Notes: generated by a model not told the origin, from the letters alone. A stretch of 64,000 nt of DNA from Octopus vulgaris (GCA_951406725.2 OX597814.1:1736001-1800000); one strand, 5' to 3'. Positions 40,525 to 54,786 are shown, numbered from the stretch's first letter. Numbers and translations: made by a program.

Positions 40525-41085
40525 CGTTAAATCAATTATATCGACCCAAAGATGCAAGTGGCACTTATTTCATCGAGCTCGAAAGGATGAAAGGCAAAGT
40601 CGACCTTGGCAGAATTTGAACTCAGAACGTGCAGACGGACGAAATGCTGCTAAGCATTTAGTCCGGTGTTCTAACAATTCTGCCTTAATGACAATAATAA
40701 TAATCCTTTCTACAAAGTCTGAAATTTTGGGGGAGGGTACTAGTCGATTACATCGACCCCAGTATTTCATTGGTACTTAATTTATCGACTCTGAAAGGAT
40801 GAAAGCAAAGTCGATGTCAGCGGAATTTGAAATCCGAACGTAAAGGCGGACGAAATGCCGCCAAACATTTTGTCCGGCATGCTCCGCCTGATGACAAGAA
40901 GCCTTTCTGTTATAAGCACAAGGGCTGAAATTTGGAGGCGGGTTAGTAAGTCGATTACAACGAACCCCCTCGCCCTTCATTTATCGGCCCCGAAAGAGTG
41001 AAATGCAAAGACAACCTCGGCGGAATTTGAACTCTGAAGACGAAGACGGACGAAATGTCGCTAAGTATTTTGTCCGGCATAGTAA
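40525..41085 (-). mobile_element. Three consecutive diverged SINE family B copies
   Basis: gaaaggatgaaa..caaagtcga..cggaatttgaa..ggacgaaatg recurs at ~40580, ~40795 and ~40995. Confidence 0.8.
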
Positions 41086-41517
41086 GACGATGACGATGAT
41101 GATGATATTGATACCCGTGATTGATTTGTTCGAACTATTTTCAATTCTGTAATCATACCAGTAATTACCGAGGGTTGGAATAAGGTTACCTCATGTTTGT
41201 TGTGAAGTTGTGTTGACGTAGAGACAATTGCAGTGGTTTAAATAATGGTCGGGTGGGGTGGGGGTAGTATAAGGTGCGTTTAGTATTAGGTGGGTGGTAG
41301 GGGTGGTGGTGGTAGGGGTGGTGATTGTGGTGGTGGTGGGTGGGGGATGAGACCTCCTTAACAAGTGACTGAGGTGGTATTGATGCAAGAAATTGATGTT
41401 GACGTAGCCGGTAGTGGTAACATCTGGGGGTAGCAGTGGTGTTGGAGTGTCGGTGGAGTGGAAGGCTTCTGCTGGAGGTGATGACAATAGTGGTGGTGGT
41501 GGTGGTGGTGGTGGCCA

Positions 41518-41896
41518 AAGAAGAAGAAGAAGAAGAAGAAGAAGAAGAAGAAGAAGAAGAAGAAGAAGAAGAAGAAGAAGAAGAAGAAGAAGAAGAAGAA
41601 GAAGAAGAAGAAGAAGAAGAAGAAGAAGAAGAAGAAGAAGAAGAAGAAGAAGAAGAAGAAGAAGAAGAAGAAGAAGAAGAAGAAGAAGAAGAAGAAGAAG
41701 AAGAAGAAGAAGAAGAAGAAGAAGAAGAAGAAGAAGAAGAAGAAGAAGAAGAAGAAGAAGAAGAAGAAGAAGAAGAAGAAGAAGAAGAAGAAGAAGAAGA
41801 AGAAGAAGAAGAAGAAGAAGAAGAAGAAGAAGAAGAAGAAGAAGAAGAAGAAGAAGAAGAAGAAGAAGAAGAAGAAGAAGAAGAAGAAGAAGAAGA
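41518..41896. repeat. Pure (GAA)n microsatellite, ~125 units
   Basis: Uninterrupted GAA. Confidence 0.98.
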
Positions 41897-42107
41897 CCAC
41901 TCTATCAGAATCAATGATCTGCCGTAAACAGTGATAGAAGATTACAATGAAGTTAGTAAAAACTTGGCAAATTTTAGCTTATCTCCAGATCTGGTGAAAC
42001 ATCTGGTGATGTCTGTAGACTTTTGTCAAACACAAGCACGCATACACACACATATGCAGACTGTTAGATACACGCACGCACACAAACATACACATACATA
42101 CACACGT

Positions 42108-42141
<34 letters not shown>

Positions 42142-42265
42142 TATCTATCTATATATATGTGCATATATATACACACGAACGCATATACACTCTCACATGC
42201 AGACACACACAAGCAAAAAGAGAGAACATGCACACACATATATGTTTTTGTTATTGTCGTATATG

Positions 42266-42408
<143 letters not shown>

Positions 42409-42769
42409 ACACACATATACATATTACAAAGATGCGTGTACACATACATATATGCCTGTATATATATATGTACATATATGTGTATATATATATATATACA
42501 TACATATGTGTGTGCATGTGTGTGTGTGCTTGTGTGCGAGTGCTTGTGTGTGCGTGTGCAGGCAAGCATGACTGAGTGATTAACTTCACTTCATAGCCCT
42601 GAAGCTCCAGGTTCAACTCGAGTCTTGTGCAGGAAACCGAGTTGAGGGACGACTGTCGGAGTGACTGTACTTGTATTCAAACGTCACTATCAACGCGTGA
42701 GTCCGTCACACAAACACAAACACGCTCGCACACGCACAGACATGGCCTGGCCCTACGTCAGTTGCAAGG

Positions 42770-42955
42770 ACGAGCTTGCAGCTGGTTCAGTCAACGAAAC
42801 AGACTTCTCGCAGAAATTAACCTAAGTGGCTGAGCACTCCACAGACACACATGCAACCCTAAAGCAATTCACAGGGTGATTCAGAGAGACACAGGAAGCG
42901 ACAGGGCCGCCACTTGGTGTTACACGTGCTTCACATGTTTGCCAGTTGAGTGGAG
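42770..42955 (-). mobile_element. Diverged SINE tail (family of 4905-5233)
   Basis: gaaattaacctaagtggctgagcactccacagacac...gccagttgagtgga. Confidence 0.7.
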
Positions 42956-43026
42956 CCTCGAGAAACCTATATATGTATATATATAGGTATACGTGTACAA
43001 GGGTGTGTATATATATATATATATAT

Positions 43027-43240
43027 TCTTTTATTCTTTAATTTGTTTGTCATTTGAATGCGGCCATGCTTGAGCACCGCTTTTAGTCGAACAAATCGAC
43101 TCCAGGACTTACACTTTGTAAATTTAGTACTTATTCTAACGGTGTCTTTTGCCGAACCGCTAGGTTACGGGGACGTAAACACACTAACATCCGTTGTCAA
43201 ACAATGGTGGGGGAGGACAAGCACAAACAGACACATGCAC

Positions 43241-43286
<46 letters not shown>

Positions 43287-43523
43287 GAAATGAAGAAAAT
43301 GCTGACAAATAATTGAAGTAATTTAAGTAATTTAATTAGGTGAAAGTTCTTTTTACCGGTTGCGCATTTGTTATGCTTATCAAAATATATTTTGATAAGC
43401 ATAACAAATGCGCAACCGTAAAAAGAACTTTCACCTAATTAAATTACTTAAATTACTTCAATTATTTGTCAGCATTTTCTTCATTTCCTTTTTTATATAT
43501 CACCACTCGTGTTCGACATCTCC

Positions 43524-43571
<48 letters not shown>

Positions 43572-43740
43572 ACGTGCTTTTAGTTTCCGTCTACCAAATC
43601 CACTCACATGGCTTTGGTCAGCCCCAGGCTATAGTAGAAGACACTTGACCAAGATGCCACGCGGTGAGACTCAACCTGGAAACCCGGAACCATGTGGTCC
43701 GGAAGCAAGCTACTTACCATACAGCCACCTCTGCGCCTAT
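43027..43740 (-). mobile_element. SINE family A with a palindromic insert in its spacer
   Basis: Tail 43027-43225 and head 43575-43740, both reversed. Confidence 0.85.
43283..43491. repeat. Near-perfect loopless palindrome (~105-bp arms) centred on an HHR-like core
   Basis: Centre caaaata|tattttg at 43387/43388; each arm reads TTGATAA-GCATaacaaATGC-GcAA-CCG(G)-TA outward. Confidence 0.9.
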
Positions 43741-43777
43741 GCATATATATATATATATATATGCTTATATATGTATA

Positions 43778-43814
<37 letters not shown>

Positions 43815-43860
43815 TTATATATGTATATGTATATATATATATGCTATATATATATATGCT

Positions 43861-43960
<100 letters not shown>

Positions 43961-44294
43961 TTGAGCGCGCACGCACGTGTGAGTGCGCTTGTGTGTTTCT
44001 GGTTGAGATGGTGGTGATGGTGGTAGTGGTGGTTTATTATATCAAAAGTTGACAATCTGCTCACAGATTGGCCTCAGGCTGTTGTGCAATGGCGAACAAT
44101 GGCCCAGCCTGGGGCGCATCTATGGATGGGATTTTGATATAGAAACATCTCTCAACTCTTGCCTTCATATTGAGTTCTATATCAGATAACGTTTGGCCTT
44201 CAACGTGGAATATATTTTAATATTGTTCATAGCACCTACCTAACCATATCTTTCTCGCTCTCATTTTAGACATGCATGCATGCATACAAGCGCA

Positions 44295-44342
<48 letters not shown>

Positions 44343-44383
44343 CACTTGTATGTATGCTTGTGTGTCTATATGTGTATATTACA

Positions 44384-44416
<33 letters not shown>

Positions 44417-44499
44417 CTCAACCACATATATTATATAGACATACACATACATTATGGAGGAAGTCTCAGAATAGCAGATGCATGGTACTGCATCAAGTC

Positions 44500-44779
<280 letters not shown>

Positions 44780-44981
44780 CGCTACCTTTCAAGTTCGAAT
44801 AGTTCTTTCCCCAAAATTTCAGGCCTTGTGCCTATAGTAGAAAGCGTTATTGTTGTTGTTGTTGTTGTTCTTCTTCTTCTTCTTCTTCTTCTTCTTCTTC
44901 TTCTTCTTCTTCTTCTCCTCCTCCTCCTCCTCCTCCTCCTCCTCCTCCTTCTTCTTCTTCTTCTTCTTCTTCTTATTATTG

Positions 44982-45054
<73 letters not shown>

Positions 45055-45656
45055 CATCATCATTACCATTCAGAAGGTGAGCTGGCAGAATCGTTAGCAC
45101 GACGTTCTGCGCTACGTTCTGAGTTCAAATTCCGTCGAGATCGACTTTGCTTTTTATTCTTTCTTGGTCGATAAATCGACTTATCACTTCTCCCCACAAA
45201 ATCCAGGCGTTGTGCTTATTTTAGAAAGTATTATTTATGTTCATAACGTGTTTCCTATAATGAAAGACGTATAACATTGAATTAAAAATATACACTTCCT
45301 AGTTTCTTTTTTTAAACACACACACACACGCACAACTCACCCTCATACACACACACTCACACACACACACATTCGTGCACGTACGCACACACACCCACCG
45401 ACACACACCCACCGACACACACACGCACAAACTTACACACATACACACCATCACACGCACCCCTTCACGCGCGCACGCACACACACACACACACACATAC
45501 ACACCCTCACACACACATACACGCGCGCGCGCACGCACCCACACACCGACGACACACACACACGCACACACTCACACACATACACACACTCACACACACA
45601 CACACTCACGCACGCACGCAGACACACACTCACGCACACACACACGCACACACTCA

Positions 45657-45688
<32 letters not shown>

Positions 45689-45864
45689 TACACTCACACA
45701 CGCACGCACATATGTAACGATTCTCAGTCGTTTACGACAACAAAAGTTCCCGTTGATTCCATGAAATTAACGCGCAAGTAGTTGAGTACACCGTGGTTCT
45801 CCCGGAAGCGAATGTATATATATATGTGTGTATCATGACATGATATACAAAATTTGCTGATTCA

Positions 45865-46245
45865 GCCCCTTCTTCTGTTCCATGAGACTGCGGTCATTCT
45901 GGGGCATCGTCTTAAAGAATCTGTGGTTGAATGAATCGATTCCAGCACTTATTTTCTTAAAGCCCGTTACATATTCTATCGGTGACCTTGGCCGAACCAC
46001 AAACCTACGGGGACGTAAACACACCAACACCGGATGTCGAGCGATGGTGGGGGGACAAATACACACACACATACACGCGTACACACATGCACATACACCC
46101 ACACCCACACACACACACACACACGACGGGCTTCTTTCAGTTTTTGTCTACGAAATCTACTCTGAAGGCTTTGATCGGCCCGAGGCTATAACAGTGAGAC
46201 TGAACCCGGAACCATATGGCTGGAAAATAAACTTCTTACCACATA
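45865..46245 (-). mobile_element. Diverged SINE family A
   Basis: cggggacgtaaacacaccaacac...gacgggcttctttcagttt...gaacccggaaccat. Confidence 0.75.
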
Positions 46246-46684
46246 ACAAATGTTGGAACAAACCTTTGATTGTCTGGAGAATTTATTTCTCATAATAAAT
46301 ATCAGCTTGTCACCTGACTACTTCATTTAACAATGTGATGAACATCTTACCTTTGTCGATTGCTTGCAATTGTTTGACCTTGAAATAAACCTTAAAATGC
46401 TAATTTGGTCCATCCATAAGAAGATTTCAATCATTACAATTCACTTGTATACTTTCATCGCCATTTTGTTCACACACACACACACACACGCACACGTATA
46501 TATACATATTTTAAAAATTATTTTACTTGTGTCAGTCATTTGATTGCGGCCATGCTGGAGCACTAATGGTTAGGATCATATTTAAGGTCTAAAAATGGAA
46601 TGGTCATTGTTGGAACTTGTTTGGTCATGCCATAGTTCTGCTTGATCAGATAAAAATTTGAAGTGAAATAACGTCGGCTTTTCT

Positions 46685-47058
46685 TTCCTACTCTAGGCAC
46701 AATGCCCAAAATTTTGTGGGAGGGGGCCAGTCGATTAGATCGACTCCAGTGCGTAACTGGTACTTATTTAATCGACCCCGAAAGGATGAAAAGCAAAGTC
46801 AACCTCGGCGGAATTTGAACTCAGAACGTAGCGGCAGACGAAATACCTATTCTTTACTACCCACAAGGGGCTAAACACAGAGAGGACAAAAAGGACAGAC
46901 AGACGGATTAAGTCGATTATATCGACCCCAGTGCGTAACTGGTACTTAATTTATCAACCCCGAAATGATTAAAGGCAAAGTCGACCTCGGCGGAATTTGA
47001 ACTCAGAACGTAGCAGCAGACGAAATACCGCAAAGCATTTAGCCCGGCGCGCTAACGT
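46685..47058 (-). mobile_element. SINE family B head-to-tail dimer
   Basis: Junction cagacgaaatacctattctttactacccac at ~46835-46865, equivalent to the junction in the tetramer. Confidence 0.9.
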
Positions 47059-48136
47059 CTGCCTTTCTGTCATATCGATGACCTCCCTCTTTCTTCACCT
47101 CCATCTCTCTCTCTCCCTTACTTGACAAACACTTCCTCTTGCTCCTTCCATCATCGCTTCTACCTTTTCTCTGTTACCTTGACAAACTCTTCTCGGAAAT
47201 CACTTATCTCTCCGTTATCTTAATAAACAGCCCCTGCTCCTTCTTACGACTCCTCTCCTCTATTTACGCCTCAGCATTATCTCTCTTGCTCTCTCTCTCT
47301 CTCTCTCTCTCTTTCCTCCTTTCTCTCTCTCTGTCTCCCTCGTTGTCTCTATCTCTTTATCTCGTTCATCCTCTTCTTAAACCTTTACAGTAAATATTTA
47401 CAATTACACTGCATGAAGCTATTTCTCACCCTAATCTTTCTCCTCCTCACATCTCCCCTTCTATTTCTCTCTCTCTCAATGTATATCTCTCACCCATTCT
47501 CATTCTCTGTGTCCATGTCTGTCTATCTGTCTCTCTTGCTCTCTCTCCTTTTCCGTGCATTTTCCCCTCGAGTTATTTACCCTCTCGTTTTACAATCACC
47601 GTTAATTCCCCGTATGTTTGTTATTCAGTACTTTTGTTTGCATCGAGATCAACGCTGAAGCCTTTTCGAGTTAATTTCACCTGGAGTCATCTAGAGTCAC
47701 ACTTCACCTCTCCTCCGCCGCCACCTTGCGACATTTGCGAAAGAAAAAGATTCAGTCACAAAATCGCAGTTTCTGCAATAGAATCAAATTCTACACAAAA
47801 TTCAGGCTAAGGAAAAATTGTTGTTTAATCCGGTGTCAGTGAGAATGCAATTGGCCCATGATAAAAAAAATTATGTGCTATTCGTTACCAAGGGCTAGAT
47901 TGTCTAAAGCGTCTTTCCTTCCATTATATTTTTCATATGAAAGGGTGTGATTTATTAGTAATAGCAGCTAAAGCCTGCATCAAATCAAATCACACACACT
48001 CTACCATCAGGAAAAAAGGGAGGGAGCATCATATTGAAGGTCCAAATATGCTACGTTTAAAGACAGGATAGTCCTAATTGGAATGTCTTTGGTCATAGCT
48101 TATGTGTTCGACAGTTATTTTTAGTAACATGAAAGA

Positions 48137-48194
<58 letters not shown>

Positions 48195-48377
48195 GTTGAA
48201 AGAATGAGAAAAGATGTGGAAATATCAAAAAATATATGCACGGTAATCAAGAGCTCACTTGGTATTAGACCGTAAAATTATAACACTTTATAATTAATGA
48301 TGTTGATTCCTAATGAAACAGCTGTTGATCGTAATTAAATTATGAACAGTATGTGAAATTCATTCTGATTTTATTCA

Positions 48378-48415
<38 letters not shown>

Positions 48416-50391
48416 GCACACAGAGATAAGTATAGATACACAGAGACCAGTAGAAATGTAGATAGATATTTCTTGGCTCGTAAACGTGTATATTTCTTCA
48501 TTGGCGGCAAGGAGAATTTAAGGTTTAAGGAAGTGATAGCTTTCAGACAGTAAGTTCAATGGAGCGGAAGCCACTGCAGTAGAAGTTGAAGAGTGAGAAG
48601 GAGGGGACATGACTTTGTGGTGGGGAAGATGTTGAGGAGTTTTCGGTGGCAAGTGACTCACTTGTCTGGTGAATTGTCTCCATACTTTATTATGTGGGCT
48701 TAAATTCCATCGATTTCGACTTTGCCTTTTATCCTTTCGGGATCGATAAAATAAGAACCAATTGAGCAGTGAGATCAATGTAATCGATAAGTTTCCTTCC
48801 TTCAAATTCCAGACCTTGTGTCCATAGCAGAACGGGTTATGCGTGTTTGAAATAGCTTTCTAGAATGTTCTTTTACATAGTGGAGCACCAGTTATCACCA
48901 CCCTTGTAAACAAATATTGATATCTTAAATTTTTTAGAAAAGGAGCATTGTGCTGTCGTGGAGTTTATATCTTTAATCCGGGATGAGACGGCTGGGCGCT
49001 GACATTGCAAATTGGCTATTCGGCCTATTTTAAAAACAGTGTTTTTTGGTACTGGATGCAAACACGAGCAACACACGCGCGCACAGAAATATACGCATAC
49101 AGATAGAGAGAGAAGAGAGAGAGAGAGAGAGAGGAGAGAGAGAAGAGAGAGAAGAGAGAGAAGAGAGAGAAGAGAGAGAAGAGAGAGAAGAGAGAGAGAG
49201 AGAGATTACGATTTAATAATTGGACGTGATTGACTTCATACAAGTAGAGAAATATGCTCTCTTTCACATATACACACGCACGCGCACGCGTACACACGCG
49301 CGCGCACGGAAGCACACGCACACGCGCACGCACAGATGTAGATGGAGAAAGAGAGAGAACGAACGAGTGAAACATTAAAACGTCTTATGTCAAATAAGTC
49401 AGCATCGAATGAACGACGCGAAGTAAGCGGCGTGAAAACAGCTGCGCTACAGAGTCGTCTCATACCCGTTTCTCACATCCCCCGGGTGCATTTTTCAAGC
49501 GAAAGCCGTCAACAGTCACAGCCAACCATAAGCTAAAACATTACAACTAAAAATTCCATACAACAAATGATGGCAGATGACAGAAAAGTTTAAAGTGCTG
49601 GTCTATTTAGTGATGTCAGCGGTCTCGACTTCGTCATGTATTCCTACGCGGTCCACATAATATGTTCGACGTGTATAGCGAAGCTTATTCGTTCAGCAAT
49701 ATCTACTTCGTTTGCAGCTTTAGTGACTGCGTTATTAATCAATCAATACCTCACAACAGTCAGTACAGGTGGCGCTTTCATTTGTTAGTGAAATTTCAAT
49801 AGAATTGTTTACACTATATCAGGTGCCGGTAACAATGTGCTGTCTAATCTTGATTTATGTATAATAGATAATTACTGTTTTATCTTTGTTAAATGTTAAA
49901 TTAGTTAAAATAAAGTCACTAAGAACTAAAATGTAGTAAGCAATATTAGCGATGATTTATGGCGGACATTTTGTGGTGTGTCATGGAGCTTCGAATAAAA
50001 TAACTCATGATATTCAGGTTCTTATTTCGAATCCAGAAGAGATCAAGTACTTTCCTTTCATTTACCCCAGATAAGTTTTAATGCCATAGCTTTGTGACAC
50101 ATAGGGTCATGTATAGTGCAAATTAGAAGCAGTGATTCTCAAGCTTTTTAATATCCGGGTCAGATCCAAAACCTGGATGTTTTTAGAGGTGCAGCACCCT
50201 AATGTAAAAGTTAAAACACAAGTAAATTAAAGAAAAATTTGAATGGCTGTGTGGTAAGTTGCTTGCTTACCAACCACATATTTTCGGGTTCATTCCCACT
50301 GCGTGGCACCTTAGGCAAGTGTCTTCTACTATAGCCTCGGGCCAACCAAAGCCTTGTGAGTGGATTTGGTAGACAGAAACTGAAAAAAGAG

Positions 50392-50769
50392 GGACAGAAA
50401 TTCAAGATCAAATCTAATTTCACTTGTGCCTCTGAAAACATAATTTATGTCATAAAATGCTCGGGCTGCCACCAAGACTACGTGGGATCCACGGGACTAT
50501 CACTCAGACGTAGATGCACACTGCATCGACAACAGATTGCATTCCCAGAATACAGAATGATACCCTTTAGTGAGCACATTGAGAAATGCGCAAAGCAACT
50601 ACTACCACAATTTTTAATCTTTCCATTTTACCAATGTGCTATCGGATCATCAACACAAATTAGACTAAACAAGGAAACATTCTTCATTGAAAAGTACAAG
50701 CCCAGACTTAACCATTCCAACATACTTATACAGAGAAATTCACTCCAAAGGAAACACAAAAAATTTTAA
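50392..50769 (+). mobile_element. Penelope-like element GIY-YIG endonuclease domain (5'-truncated ORF end)
   Basis: FTCASENIIYVIKCSGCHQDYVGSTG.SLRRR..LH..FSEH..RLNKETFFIEKYKPRLN: IIY/YVG, catalytic R, E and N, and the PLE CxxC..H..H motif. Confidence 0.92.
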
Positions 50770-50851
50770 GCGATTATCTCCCTTACACCGGAAGAAATCA
50801 CTTATTACCTTCCCTTATTTGGAACTCTTTTCAACATAAACATAACGATGC

Positions 50852-50891
50852 AAGAAATTTGAAAAGCTGAACGCGAAACCGGTCATTTCTT
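50852..50891 (+). ncRNA. Minimal type-I hammerhead ribozyme motif in the PLE 3' pseudo-LTR
   Basis: AAGAAAT-TTGAAAA-GCtgaacGC-GAAA-CCGG-TC-ATTTCTT: 7-bp stem I, U3-A8 core, palindromic stem III, GUC triplet; ~80 bp after the GIY-YIG stop. Confidence 0.8.
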
Positions 50892-51050
50892 CTAAACTAT
50901 GTCATTGTAAGAAAAAAATTTATAACATTCTTCAGACATATTGACTCAAATATATTTTTTTAAGCTTTTAAAACATGCCTTTTGTAGTTTTTTCACTTTT
51001 TACTATTTTCTATATATTCAACCACGTGCTTTCACAAACCAACTTTCTCA

Positions 51051-51167
<117 letters not shown>

Positions 51168-51399
51168 ATGCCTGTGTATATGTTTGTGTGTTTGTGTTTG
51201 TCTCCCCAACATCGTTTGACAACCGATGGTGGTGTGTTTACGTACTCGTAACTTAGCGGTTCGGCAAAAGCGACCGATAGAATAAGTACTAGGCATCCAA
51301 AGAATATCTCCTGGGGTCGATTTGCTCGACTAAAGGCGGAGCTCCAGCATGGCCGCAGTCAAATGACTGAAACAAGTAAAAGAGAGTATATTTGTAGAG

Positions 51400-51495
51400 G
51401 GAAGCTCGCAGAGGGCCACTGGAAGAACGCTTGAGGGTCGCATGCGGACCGGAGGGTCGCATGCGGACCGGAGGGCCGCGGCTGGGAACCGTTGA
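51400..51495. mobile_element. Probable hAT/Charlie-type MITE end with 20-bp tandem duplication
   Basis: gagggtcgcatgcggaccgg x2 then agggccgcggctgggaaccgttg resembles gggccgcatgcggccc subterminal motifs. Confidence 0.45.
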
Positions 51496-51972
51496 CTCCC
51501 TTCCATGTTATACTGCGTTTCAACGTGGGAGATCAATCGGTGCACTCCGGTTTGCAAAGGCAACAAACTATGCACTGCATCTTGCAGTTGCCATACACTA
51601 TACACCTCATGGATCCGTATCATTTTCCCTCGCTGGTTATTGTTTTAGTTTAATCCCACGGCAACCGTGACCATCCTACCAGATTATCGAAATTAGAATA
51701 CCACTGAATGCATTAGCTGATGTATCAGTAATAAAGGGAGATCTAATTGTTGAAATTTTTGATGATGTTATTTAGCCCAAGGTCAGTACTGATAGAACAG
51801 ACCTATGATCAAATACATTCTGGCCGTGATCATTTCATCTTTCTTTCAGACTGTATAATGCCTTCAATTTTGAAGCCTGCAGGTGTAGTTTAAGGGACGT
51901 TTGGCTGCTATTTTTAGCAGGTGGAGACTCAACCGTGACATCTGGCGCATCTCTTGAAGCTGTTCAATCAAT

Positions 51973-52007
<35 letters not shown>

Positions 52008-52380
52008 GTAGTAGTAGTAGTAGTAGTAAGAGGAGGAGGAAGAGGATGGGCAGTAGTAGTAGCAGCAGCATTAGTAGTAGTAGTAGTAGTAGTAGTAGTA
52101 ATAAAAGTAGTAGTAGTTGTAGGGGCAGGAGGAGGAGGAGCAGTAGTAGTAGTAGGAGGAGGTGGAGGAGGAGGGACAGTAGTAGTGGTAGTAGTAATAG
52201 GAGGAGGGGGAGAGGCAGTAGTAGTAGCAGCAGCAGCAGTAGTAGTAGTAGGAGGAGGAGGAGGGGCAGTAGTAGTGGTAGCAGCCGCAGCAGTAGTAGG
52301 AGGAGGAGGAGGAGGGGCAGTAGTAGTGGTAGCAGCAGCAGTAGTAATGGCTGTAGCAGTAGTAGTAGTAGTAGTAGTAA
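51973..52380. repeat. Compound (TAC)/(TAG/AGC/AGG)n array
   Basis: Low-complexity trinucleotides; source of poly-S/R/V/L pseudo-ORFs. Confidence 0.9.
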
Positions 52381-53429
52381 CGCTATTAGCAGAAGTCCTT
52401 CAAACAGCACTTTTCGAATGAACAAAGCGTCCCCTCCCCCGCCACACACAGAACAGACACCCACCACAATATATTTCAAGACGGCGTTAACTAATTCTGA
52501 CCCCTTTTCACCTCATTTGTCTGGGAATAAATAAGGAAAACTACTATTTATGGCACACATCTCTGACAAACAGAAGCCTCCTACCTTCAGCAACCCTTTC
52601 TCACCAATCGTCACCTTCCTTCGCTTCCACCCACCAAGGGCAGGCGGGCCTTCAGATAAGGGCCAGTCTAAAATGTTGGCCCTATTTTACAATGTTATCT
52701 TTAACTGTGGTTTAGTAGCAATTTATAGAGACAAGCGAAATAACAGATTTATTTCTTACGTATGTATGTGTGTACGTACGTTGGTATGTATGTATATATG
52801 TACGTGCATATATGTGTGCATATATGTTTGAATATGAATGTGTGTGGTGTGTGTGTGTGTGTGTGTGTGTGTGTACACGCGTAGTTATGTATGGTGCATT
52901 CAAACTGATATTTGCTTTTGTCGAACAAATAAAAATGAGAAAACTCAAATAGTTTTCGAATGCGAACTTCATCGACGTCAGCTGGATTCCTTTTCTCGCA
53001 TCTCACGTTTCATGCCTCTGTCATCGCCAGGCATGAACACCACACACACGGTTGGATGGATGTGTGTATGTTTGACCCTTTACAACCGTTTCTGGTTTGT
53101 TTACGTTCCTGTAGTTTGCTTGATCGGAAAATGCCATGGTTGTGCTTTATCATTAACCGTTTCGTTTCGCTGTTGCAGTGAACAGTCTCTGTATTGAATT
53201 TGGTGTAGCAGTAAACTTCGCCATCTTATGCCACCTATTGTCAGCTAATAAAACAGAACGTAGCAATAGATTGCTGACTCCCACTGCACCTATTTACGGC
53301 CACGTCGACTGTGTCTGCTTTATATCACTATTTACATCCAGCTAAAATAGTAGGTCACATATATTGGTTACCAGAACCACGTCATTCTGAAACAGCTTTC
53401 AAATGGACGCCACCGGAAAGGGAAAATAA

Positions 53430-53570
53430 TGATTCTGTTCCCAAGGACCCAACAATGATTGCCACCATCTCCACTTTCTTCATTTTCCATAGCTGGGCTA
53501 TTTCGTACTTAAGATGGTTGTATTTATCTATCTTTTCGCCTTCCTTCTTGACTATTCGTGAGTCAAAGGG
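53430..53570 (-). mobile_element. R4/Dong-type RLE fragment
   Basis: PFDSRIVKKEGEKIDKYNHLKYEIAQLWKMKKVEMVAIIVGSLGT. Confidence 0.75.
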
Positions 53571-53808
53571 CGAAATGCTTTCCGGTATTTCACCCGTCGC
53601 TTCGTTCCGAGTTCAAATTCCGCTGCGGTCAACTTTGCCTTTCATCCTTTCAGGGTCAATAAAATAAGTACCAGTTGAACACTGGAATCAGTGTAATCGG
53701 CTCATCCCCCACACCAAATTGCTGCCCTTGTGACGAAATTTGAAACCATTATTGTTATTATTATTATTATTATTATTCTTATTATTATTGTTGCTGTTGT
53801 TATTATTA

Positions 53809-53855
<47 letters not shown>

Positions 53856-53963
53856 GTTGTTGTTGTTGTTATTATTATTATCATTATTATTATTATTATT
53901 ATTATTGTTGTTGTTGTTGTTGTTATTATTATTGTTATTATTATTATTATTATTATTATTCAG

Positions 53964-54786
53964 TAGTTTTATTTTTATAGCGTGCTTTCACTTCACTACC
54001 GAGCGCAGCTCTGTGTGCCTTGGGTATGTGCTGTGATTTGTTGTGATGCTCTGATGGTTATTGTATGGAAAGTGTTCTGCGTAGGATGTGTGCAGTGCCT
54101 AGTAGTGCAATTTTCTGTATGTTATATGTGTTTGTAAGTCCTGGTGTTTTTGTTATGTATTTGTCTGAATATTTTTTTATCATGCCTAATGCACCTACTA
54201 TGATAGGAATTGTTTCTGTTTTCAGATTCCACATTCTAGTTACCTCTATTTCCAGGTCTTTGTATTTTGAGAGTTTCTCCATTTCTTTTAGAGACACGTT
54301 GTCATCTGCCGGTATTGATACTTCAATTAGAAAGCATTTTTGTTCTTCATGGTCTCTGACAACCATATCTGGTCTGTTGGCCTTAATTTCTCTGTCTGTG
54401 TGTATCGGCATATCCCAGAGTATGGTTGCTTTCTCGTTTTCTGTGACCTTTTCTGGTGTGTGCCTATACCATCTTTTTTCTGTTGTTATTCCATAATGTT
54501 GGCATAGCTTCCAATGTATGTAGGTTCCAACTCTGTCATGTCTGTGAATATATTCCTTCTTAGCCAAGGACTGGGCAGCTAGAGATAATATGATTTATTG
54601 TTTCTTGTCCATCTCCACATATTCTGCAGTTACTTGTAATATTTCTTTTCATTACATGTTTTTGGTAATTTCTGGTGGGGAGGCTTTGGTCTTGTGCTGC
54701 AATTAAAAATCCCTCTGTTTCTGCTTTGAGTCCTGAGCTTCTCAACCATTGCTGGGATTTTTCTTTGTCTATTTCTTTTGCGTTTA

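Noticed and set aside
50356-50391. N-terminus of the predicted 137-aa ORF as a real start
   Set aside because: It derives from SINE family A sequence with a GTG start; the fusion to GIY-YIG is an insertion junction
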